From contig JAUSEN010000016.1 in assembly GCA_030650025.1 (NCBI GenBank), positions 75,428 through 130,414 of the forward strand: DNA of 54,987 bases. Direction: 5' to 3'. Made by a program: the position numbers and the translations under genes. This DNA is from Candidatus Magasanikiibacteriota bacterium (GTDB lineage: Bacteria > Patescibacteriota > Patescibacteriia > Magasanikbacterales > GWA2-37-8). The first letter of the stretch is position 1; every line of letters starts with the position of its first letter. This document shows positions 34,720-41,545 of this stretch, one piece after another. The notes below the pieces were generated by a model that worked only from the letters and a program-made list of their open reading frames with translations, did not search any database and was not told the origin of the DNA.

Positions 34720-34854
34720 AAACATTAGAAGATTTAGTCGAAGAAGTTGAAGAAATAAAATTACGCAAGCTTTTTTATTATCAACAATATCTATGCCAGT
34801 ATTAAAAAAATGGTGGTTAAAAAGATTTATTAAATAGAAAAATATAAAAAATAT

Positions 34855-35121
34855 ATGGTTTTAGACAAACCTAAAGTTTATTCTAAAGATGAATTAAGAC
34901 AGCAGGGGTTAGTGATTGAGAGAGTTTTGCGGACTGGCACCAAAGAAGAGCTGGATAAGTTAAAGGCGATGTATCGCGATTCCGAGGTGCACCCACAGGT
35001 TAGAGCGCTGATTCGTCAAGTGGCGGCTATGGAAAACATGGCAGTACTTTTTTCTGAACAAACAGTTTCACTAGAGCCAGAAAGGAAAGGCGTGGGAATG
35101 CGGCCAAGAAAAAGGAAATAA
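34855..35121 (+). CDS. Hypothetical small protein (88 aa)
   Basis: An ORF followed by a strong hairpin. No family was recognised. Confidence 0.4.
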   Translation: MVLDKPKVYSKDELRQQGLVIERVLRTGTKEELDKLKAMYRDSEVHPQVRALIRQVAAMENMAVLFSEQTVSLEPERKGVGMRPRKRK

Positions 35122-35133
35122 ATTTTAAAATAA

Positions 35134-35158
35134 ACCCTGCACCAGAACGGTGCAGGGT
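35134..35158. terminator. Palindrome family B copy acting as a bidirectional terminator (small ORF on +, RNase P RNA on -)
   Basis: ACCCTGCACC-agaac-GGTGCAGGGT. On the minus strand it is followed by TTTATTTT. The 23-nt core is identical to that at 46473-46495. Confidence 0.7.
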
Positions 35159-35161
35159 GAA

Positions 35162-35617
35162 CATTACGATAAGCCGAATTCTGTCCCCGCCTCCTCGGCG
35201 GATGGTAATCATTTATCTGGCCTAGTTATTGCTAACTAGATCTTAGCTAGTTTTGGCCCCTCGATAAACTCGGGGCTTTAGCTTCGCTAAAGCGAGCGAA
35301 CTTTTCGAAACACCCGCCTCCGCCCGTGAGGGCTTCGGCGTGGCGCAGCGCTGCTCTTGCACTCAAGTAAGGATTTAGCCGTTTCACCTCTGGCCTTTTT
35401 GCCCTTGACCAAAGTTAAGCTATAATCGCTGATAAATCAGCTATTTGGGGCGAGCTCTCTTTGCCTTTTCAGACAAAGACGTCACTGATCGCACCTCGTC
35501 CCGACATTAAGCCGGGAGGTGGGTGTTACCCACTACCTGTGTCCCGCCTCATCGGCGGGGAGTGTTCGGACTTTCCTCTCCGACGCGCTGACGCGGTCGG
35601 AGCGATTACCTGTAATG
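35162..35617 (-). ncRNA. rnpB: RNase P RNA (bacterial type A-like, enlarged)
   Basis: The minus strand contains GAGAGGAAAGTCCGAACAC (CR-I: GAGGAAAGUCCG) near the 5' end and GGACAGAATTCGGCTTATCG (CR-V: ACAGAAnnCGGCUUA) near the 3' end. It also has GGTAACACCCAC and GAGGTGAAACGG internal motifs. The P1 candidate is CATTAC/GTAATG. Ends are approximate. Confidence 0.85.
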
Positions 35618-35674
35618 AACGTTGGGCATATTAACATAAATGGCGGGTTTTGTCAATGGGCAATCGTAAGATTA

Positions 35675-36250
35675 TTAGATTTTATACATTTCATCCTCGA
35701 TCCATTTTTCGGGATTGCTTTTGATGTATTGTCTTATATTGATTAATGATTTTTGGTTTCGTATAACATGATCATGAAAACGGGATTGCCAGGCGAATTC
35801 GGATTCGATTGGGCGAATTCTTTTGGTACAAACCATTTTAAATTGATTGATAATCGAACCCAATGAATTTGATTTCCATTCTGCTCGTTTACCGCCAGTA
35901 CGTGTGTCCGTAGAGACGCCCCGCCGGGGCGTCTCTACAATGTTGGCCAACACATTCGCGCCACGGGGCGCGCCTACTATGCCAATTATTAAATGAACAT
36001 GATTGGGCATAATTACCCAGGTATCAATATCAATATTTGGTCGAATGATGGCTGTTTTTAATAATTCTTCTTCGGCAATTTTACCGACTGAAGATAATTC
36101 CATTACGCCTTTGTTTACATCGCCAAAATATTTTTCTCGATTTTTTGTGCAAATCGTTACAAAATATAAACCGGTCGAGGAATAATCATATCCTGGCAGT
36201 CGGTTTGATGGTATGCGGTATTTATGTAAATATTTATTTTCAACAGACAT
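35675..36250 (-). CDS. IS200-like Y1 (HUH) transposase, REP-associated tyrosine transposase (RAYT)-type
   Basis: 191 aa. HUH motif in VIMPNHVHLII and catalytic-Tyr region NIRQYIKSNPEKW. Single gene with no partner TnpB. Flanked by, and containing, family A palindromes. Confidence 0.85.
   Translation of the reverse strand: MSVENKYLHKYRIPSNRLPGYDYSSTGLYFVTICTKNREKYFGDVNKGVMELSSVGKIAEEELLKTAIIRPNIDIDTWVIMPNHVHLIIGIVGAPRGANVLANIVETPRRGVSTDTRTGGKRAEWKSNSLGSIINQFKMVCTKRIRPIESEFAWQSRFHDHVIRNQKSLINIRQYIKSNPEKWIEDEMYKI
35904..35940. repeat. REP-like palindrome family A copy inside the RAYT reading frame
   Basis: GTGTCC-GTAGAGACGCCCCGCCGGGGCGTCTCTAC-AA. Read on the minus strand it encodes IVETPRRGVSTDT between the HUH motif and the SLGSIINQFK helix. 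Confidence 0.85.
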
Positions 36251-36270
36251 AATTATTATACCTGTTTTTT

Positions 36271-36321
36271 GTGTCCGTAGAGACGCCCCGGCGGGGCGTC
36301 TCTACAACGGGGCGTCTCTAC
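36271..36321. repeat. REP-like palindrome family A copy plus an extra half-site, immediately upstream of the RAYT start
   Basis: GTGTCC-GTAGAGACGCCCCGGCGGGGCGTCTCTAC-AA followed by CGGGGCGTCTCTAC. The first 37 nt differ from 35904-35940 by one dinucleotide in the loop. Confidence 0.85.
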
Positions 36322-36363
36322 ACCTCTATCACCACCCCTCGACTGCGCTCGGGGCAAGCCGGC

Positions 36364-38166
36364 TTAGACTTCGATAACAACGGGTAGGATCATAGGTCTC
36401 TTCTCGGTTTTGGTGAAGAGGAACTGGCCGACGTAGTCGCGGATTTTATTTCTGATATAATTGGTGTCGGCCCAGGATTTGGGGTCAGAATCGACGACCA
36501 GTTTTTTGACGCGGTGGCGGAGATCCTCGATTAATTCTTTATGTTCTTTGAGATAGACAAAGCCACGCGAGATAATATCGGGGTTTTGAATTAAGAGGCC
36601 AGTTTTGGTGTCGACGGTGGCGATAATTACTACCATGCCATCTTCGGCTAAGGCCTGGCGATCGCGGAGGACTACATTGGTTTCGTCGGAAACACCAAGC
36701 CCGTCTACAAAGACATAATCGGACGGGAGTTTAGTGGTGGTAAGGACACCGGTGCCTTTAGAAAATTCCATTACTTGGCCGTTGTCAGCAATAAAAATAT
36801 TTTCTTTGGGCATACCCATAGCAGCGGCTATTTTACCATTCAGGCGCAACATAAAGTGGTTGCCATGTTGAGGGACAAAATAGCGTGGTTTGAGTAAGCT
36901 CAACATTAATTTAACATCATCGGCTTTGGCGTGGCCACCGGCGTGTACATCCATCATTTCGTGGTGAATTACTTCAGCCCCTTTTCTAAACAAGGTATCT
37001 TTAAGGCGCTGGACAGTGCGTTCGTTACCAGGGATGACAGAGGACGAGAAAACAACCGTATCGCCAGGCACTAATTTGATTTCGCGATGTTCACCGGTCG
37101 CGATCCGCATTAAGGTGGCATTTTTTTCACCCTGAGCGCCAGTACAAATTACCACTACCTTATTCATTGGGTATTTGTCTATCTGGCGCATGTCGATTAG
37201 TATTTTGGAGTTGAATTTCATGTACCCTAGCTCTTTGGCGATTTCCACGTTGCTTTTCATGCTGTAGCCGCCGAGCGCCACTACCTTACCAAGTTTTTCC
37301 GAAATTTCAATAAGCTGTTTAATACGCGATAGCAATGAAGAAAAAGCGCCAATAATAATGCGGCCCTTGGCTTTCGTAATAAGGTCTTCCAGGTTAACTC
37401 CGATTTCGGATTCGGAAGTTTGGTGCCCTGGCATCATGGCGTTGGTGGAGTCGCTCATGAGGGCTAACACGCCTCGGTCACCAATTTTAGCGATGCGTTG
37501 CAAGTCGGCCGGTGGTTCGCCTACGGGCTGATAATCAAATTTCCAATCCCCAGTGTGTACCACAGTGCCTTCGGGTGTGTTGATAACAACCGCCATTGAA
37601 TCAGGAATGTTGTGATTGACGTGGAAAAATTCGATATCAAAGGCTCCGAGGCGAAGATGGTCGTCAATTTTAACATTATGAATCCGGAATTGATTAACGT
37701 CGGTAAAATCGTCTTGGCGTTTTTTAATAATGGCGTTAGTAATGGGGAGCGCGTAAATTGGTGGATAACCAAGGTTGGGTACTAAGTGGGGAATACCACC
37801 AATGTGGTCGTAGTGACCGTGGGTAATAATAATACCGCGAATGCGCTTCTCTTTTCCTTTCAAATAATTCATGTTCGGAATGATGTAATCAATACCCGGC
37901 ATGTCCTCTTCGGGGAATTGGAGGCCAAGATCAATTAAAATAATGTCTTCGCCATACTCAATTAGAGTGCAATTGCGGCCCACTTCTTCGAGGCCCCCCA
38001 GCACGGCGACTTTGAGTTTTTTAGTGTAAACGCCAGGGCTACTGGCTAGAGCGGGGGCGCTGGCGAGGGGCATCCCGGGTGGGCGGTTAAGCGGAGCGGG
38101 ACGACGTTGCGGGCTTGACCCATAGCGGCGGCGCGACGGGTGTGAGGCTGGTTTGCTGCTGATCAT
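36364..38166 (-). CDS. rnj: Ribonuclease J (MBL / beta-CASP family) with an Arg/Pro-rich N-terminal extension
   Basis: HGHYDHIGG motif, beta-CASP region and the C-terminal domain typical of RNase J. The first ~50 aa are low-complexity and basic. Confidence 0.92.
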   Translation of the reverse strand: MISSKPASHPSRRRYGSSPQRRPAPLNRPPGMPLASAPALASSPGVYTKKLKVAVLGGLEEVGRNCTLIEYGEDIILIDLGLQFPEEDMPGIDYIIPNMNYLKGKEKRIRGIIITHGHYDHIGGIPHLVPNLGYPPIYALPITNAIIKKRQDDFTDVNQFRIHNVKIDDHLRLGAFDIEFFHVNHNIPDSMAVVINTPEGTVVHTGDWKFDYQPVGEPPADLQRIAKIGDRGVLALMSDSTNAMMPGHQTSESEIGVNLEDLITKAKGRIIIGAFSSLLSRIKQLIEISEKLGKVVALGGYSMKSNVEIAKELGYMKFNSKILIDMRQIDKYPMNKVVVICTGAQGEKNATLMRIATGEHREIKLVPGDTVVFSSSVIPGNERTVQRLKDTLFRKGAEVIHHEMMDVHAGGHAKADDVKLMLSLLKPRYFVPQHGNHFMLRLNGKIAAAMGMPKENIFIADNGQVMEFSKGTGVLTTTKLPSDYVFVDGLGVSDETNVVLRDRQALAEDGMVVIIATVDTKTGLLIQNPDIISRGFVYLKEHKELIEDLRHRVKKLVVDSDPKSWADTNYIRNKIRDYVGQFLFTKTEKRPMILPVVIEV

Positions 38167-38260
38167 ATGAATTTCCTTGATAATAATTAAAATAAATAAA
38201 AAGAAGAAAAATAATGAATTTAATAAAATGTTTTGTTTAATAAAATAAAGATTGGTTCTG

Positions 38261-38342
38261 TGGGCGCGGAGAGATTTGAACTCTCATGGATTGCTCCATA
38301 CGCTTCTGAGACGTACGCGTATACCAATTCCGCCACGCGCCC
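38261..38342 (-). tRNA. tRNA-Leu (anticodon CAG), type II with a long variable arm
   Basis: Read on the minus strand. Acceptor GGGCGCG/CGCGCCC; anticodon stem TACGT/GCGTA with loop CTCAGAA; variable arm TGGAGCAATCCAT; T arm GAGAG-TTCAAAT-CTCTC; discriminator A. Confidence 0.88.
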
Positions 38343-38355
38343 TAGTTGAAGTTGT

Positions 38356-40284
38356 TTACCACTTCCAAGTCCAGTGGGTTTTTAAATACCAAGCGGAAAT
38401 ATTATTATAACGGTCGGAGGGCACAAGGACATTATCGAGAGCCACGCCCCGCAAATCTTGGTGGGCTAAGAATAGATATTTTGGGGTGTAGAGAAAAACA
38501 GCCGGAATATCTTTGGATATTTGGGTTTGGATTTTTTTGTAAAGGGAGGCGCGGGATAACTCATCGTTAATAGCGCGGGCTTGGTCGAGCCAGCTATCCA
38601 CATCTTTATTAACGTAACGCGCTAAATTTAGGCCAGGCGCGTCGCTTTGCGAAGAGTGCCAGAAGGGGAATAAATCTGGATCCGAGCCCAGAATTTCGCC
38701 GTATAAAATAACTTCATAGTCGCGTGTTTTAATGGTTTCGCGGGCAAGTTGGCGAGGGGCTACAAAACGGACATTAGTCTTAATGCCGACAGCACGCCAG
38801 TACTCCGCAATTTCTTCGGCCACGGCGCGATATTCCGGGGTGTCCGCGGTCGTGATCGTTAGTGATAGAATGGCTTTAGTGGTTTTATCTTGGCGATAAA
38901 ACGACTGGTTCGGGGCCATGCTTTGACGGATGGCCGCGTTTTCTGCCAAAGCCCTTTCAGTAGAAGAGGCGGCGGCAGTAGAACTAGCCGTGGAACTAGG
39001 GGATTTTTGTTCGGCTTGTTTTAGTTTAAAATATTCTTCGGGTTCGAGACGGATCGAAATTTTATCCAAGAGAGCATTGGCCGCGGCTGGGTCATAGGTT
39101 AAACTACTGCTGTTCACTGCCGCGGGCGGAGGGATGCTCGGGGGGGTGGGCCCGACGGCTACCATGCCGCCATTGGCCAGAGTAGTAGAAACAATGAAAT
39201 TTTTGTTAATCGCGTTGGACAAAGCTAAGCGCACGGACTCGTTTTTAAGCAGTGGGTGCTTAACAGGGTTGAAAAAGAGCGCGGTGTATTGAGCCAATGT
39301 AAAATCGTAAAATTTAATTTTTTTGTTGCCAATTTTTTTAGTAGCGAGGCGGGGCGGAAAGCTGACCGCTAAAACCGATTGGTTGCGCATTGCCTCGAGC
39401 GCTTCGGTGTAATCGCTGACAAATTTCAAATTTAGTTTCTCGATATTGGGACGCGGGCCGAAATAAGCCTCGTTTCTGACGAGAATATAATTTTGAACGG
39501 CGCCGGTTTCGTCCTTGGAAATTTTACTCACAACCCAGGGCCCGGCGCCGACTGGTTCAATATTAAGTTTGGCCAGGCGCAGGTTAGCGGGGGTAATCTC
39601 CCCCCAGAGGTGTTCGGGCAAGAGGCCGACAGTGAGAGCGGATAAAAAGAAGCTAAAAGGGCGAGGCAAGGTAAAGCGAACGCGGGCGGTGTCTATCACT
39701 TCTACTTTAACATCTTGAAAAGAGGATAGTAGAGGGCTGCCAACTTCTGGATTTTGAATGGTGCTTATCGTAAAGGCAATGTCATGAGACGTCAACGGCT
39801 GTTTATCCGGCCAAGTTAAGCCGGAACGTAATTCAATAGTGTAAGTTTTGTTATCAGGGCTCACAGAATATGATTTGGCCAAGGCGGGAATAATTTGGCC
39901 GGACGGGCCCCGGGCAAAAAGCCCGGCGTAAATTAAACCCACTAAATCACTATCCACATCGCTCGAAGGCGCGAATACTGGGTTAAGGTACTGGGGTTGC
40001 CCAACGATGGCTTCGGTATAAACGCCGCCAGGTTTAGGGCCGATTACTAAATGTTTTTGGATAGTTATAATAATAGAGGCGAGCGACCCGGTTACGACCA
40101 CAACGGCCACCCAAGTAATTATTTGGCGCTCTTTTGGGTTCAAAAATTTTTTTAAATAGCGCAACTGCCGCCAGTCTGGCAGCCAGCGCGCGCTGACGTT
40201 GCGCAGTAGGGTGTGATTAAAATTTTTATAACGGGGAGCAGAAGCTTTTTGTTTCAGCCTCTGCCAGAGGAATCGCCAAGTCAT
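38356..40284 (-). CDS. ABC transporter substrate-binding protein, family 5 (oligopeptide/dipeptide type), membrane-anchored
   Basis: 642 aa. N-terminal TM helix followed by SBP_bac_5-like sequence (GGVYTEAIVGQPQYLNP, EPVGAGPWVV). No cognate permease or ATPase genes are adjacent. Confidence 0.82.
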   Translation of the reverse strand: MTWRFLWQRLKQKASAPRYKNFNHTLLRNVSARWLPDWRQLRYLKKFLNPKERQIITWVAVVVVTGSLASIIITIQKHLVIGPKPGGVYTEAIVGQPQYLNPVFAPSSDVDSDLVGLIYAGLFARGPSGQIIPALAKSYSVSPDNKTYTIELRSGLTWPDKQPLTSHDIAFTISTIQNPEVGSPLLSSFQDVKVEVIDTARVRFTLPRPFSFFLSALTVGLLPEHLWGEITPANLRLAKLNIEPVGAGPWVVSKISKDETGAVQNYILVRNEAYFGPRPNIEKLNLKFVSDYTEALEAMRNQSVLAVSFPPRLATKKIGNKKIKFYDFTLAQYTALFFNPVKHPLLKNESVRLALSNAINKNFIVSTTLANGGMVAVGPTPPSIPPPAAVNSSSLTYDPAAANALLDKISIRLEPEEYFKLKQAEQKSPSSTASSTAAASSTERALAENAAIRQSMAPNQSFYRQDKTTKAILSLTITTADTPEYRAVAEEIAEYWRAVGIKTNVRFVAPRQLARETIKTRDYEVILYGEILGSDPDLFPFWHSSQSDAPGLNLARYVNKDVDSWLDQARAINDELSRASLYKKIQTQISKDIPAVFLYTPKYLFLAHQDLRGVALDNVLVPSDRYNNISAWYLKTHWTWKW

Positions 40285-40341
40285 TGGGAAGCAAAAGTTA
40301 CAGCCAGGAACTCTATTGGTTAGTTAAAGTTGTTCCGAGCT

Positions 40342-40560
40342 TTACAAGAAGAGACGCACTAAAGAGAAAACAAAGAAAATAATAGACGTGATAATAGTAA
40401 TATAGTGCAGGATTTTGTCTAACCCTCGTTTGGTGGAATAAACGTTGCTCGAGCCGCCAAAGGCGCTACCGAGGCCGGAGCCTTTGTGCTGTAAAAGGAT
40501 AACCAAAATAAGAATAATGGCTAAAACTAGCTGAATTATGTTATAAACGTTTTCTTTCAT
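40342..40560 (-). CDS. secG: Preprotein translocase subunit SecG
   Basis: 72 aa with two TM helices and the LLQHKGSGLGSAFGG motif. Confidence 0.85.
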   Translation of the reverse strand: MKENVYNIIQLVLAIILILVILLQHKGSGLGSAFGGSSNVYSTKRGLDKILHYITIITSIIFFVFSLVRLFL

Positions 40561-40684
40561 AGAGGAAGTAAAAAACTGTTGCTATGAGTATAGCACGAAA
40601 TTGGGCTGGTTGTCAATTAGCGTATTGATTAATTTTCGTTTATGGTATAATATCGCTAGACGTTTTTGGACTTGATTTTATTTT

Positions 40685-41425
40685 ATGCCTTGGTTTAGAC
40701 AGTGGTGGGGCGTGGTCTTGATTACTTTGTTTTTAGCCGCCGCGCTTCTCGCGGTGGTAATGGCGATTCTTATTGGTTATTATTTTTGGGAAATTAAACA
40801 AGGCCGCGGCGAAGCGCTTAAGATGGATTTTGCCAAGCAGTTTACGGCCATCCAGGGCCGCTCGGCGGCGGCGCAAATAGCGACTCGCGCGGATTTAGAG
40901 ATACCGGGCCGCCCCTATTTAGGAGCGGCCAGCTCGAGCCTGGTCGTGGTAGAGTTTATAGATTATAAATGCCCTAATTGTTTACTAGCCGAGCCGATTT
41001 TAAATAATGTTATTAACAAATACGGCCAGAAAATTAAATTAATCATCAGAGATTTTCCAGTAGAATCCACGCACCCGGGGGCAACGGCTCTCGCCGAGGT
41101 GGCCGCTTGCGCGGGCGTAGAGGGGCGATATAAGGTAGTTCACGATTGGTTATATAAAAACCAAAATAATTTACCGGCGTATCTTGGCCAAGCTGAATTG
41201 GATACCCTCTCTAGTGAAACGGGGCTTGATTTACAAAAATTAAAAGCGTGTCAAAGTAATACTAATAGTGAAGCAGTGCGAAACGTCCGGTCGGATTATT
41301 TTGATGGTTTAAAATTTGGGGTGCGGGGCACGCCGACGTTTTATATCAATGGCGTGAAGGTGGAGGGTGTGATCTCGGCAGAGGGGTGGGCTAGTATTAT
41401 TGAGTCTCAAAGCCGAGCTGATTAG
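40685..41425 (+). CDS. DsbA-family thiol:disulfide oxidoreductase, membrane-anchored
   Basis: N-terminal TM helix, thioredoxin-fold CxxC (DYKCPNC) and C-terminal GTPTFYING typical of DsbA/thioredoxin_4 proteins. Confidence 0.8.
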   Translation: MPWFRQWWGVVLITLFLAAALLAVVMAILIGYYFWEIKQGRGEALKMDFAKQFTAIQGRSAAAQIATRADLEIPGRPYLGAASSSLVVVEFIDYKCPNCLLAEPILNNVINKYGQKIKLIIRDFPVESTHPGATALAEVAACAGVEGRYKVVHDWLYKNQNNLPAYLGQAELDTLSSETGLDLQKLKACQSNTNSEAVRNVRSDYFDGLKFGVRGTPTFYINGVKVEGVISAEGWASIIESQSRAD

Positions 41426-41438
41426 ATTTCGAATTTTC

Positions 41439-41526
41439 CCGTCTGGCAATTTTCTCGCTTTTCTCGCGCGCGAGCGCTCAGGGTGACGCCTGCGGGCGTC
41501 AAACCCGCTCGAAAACAGTCAGACGG
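41439..41526. repeat. Structured repeat family E, copy 2
   Basis: Core CTCGCGCGCGAGCGCTCAGGGTGACGCCTGCGGGCGTCAAACCCGCTC (41463-41510), enclosed by CCGTCTG/CAGACGG. Confidence 0.6.
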
Positions 41527-41545
41527 TAAAATTATTTAATTTATT

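Noticed and set aside
35519-35746. 75-aa plus-strand ORF
   Set aside because: It overlaps the 5' part of the RNase P RNA gene (which includes the GAGGAAAGTCCG motif on the other strand) and the 3' end of the RAYT gene. It is not credible as a CDS.
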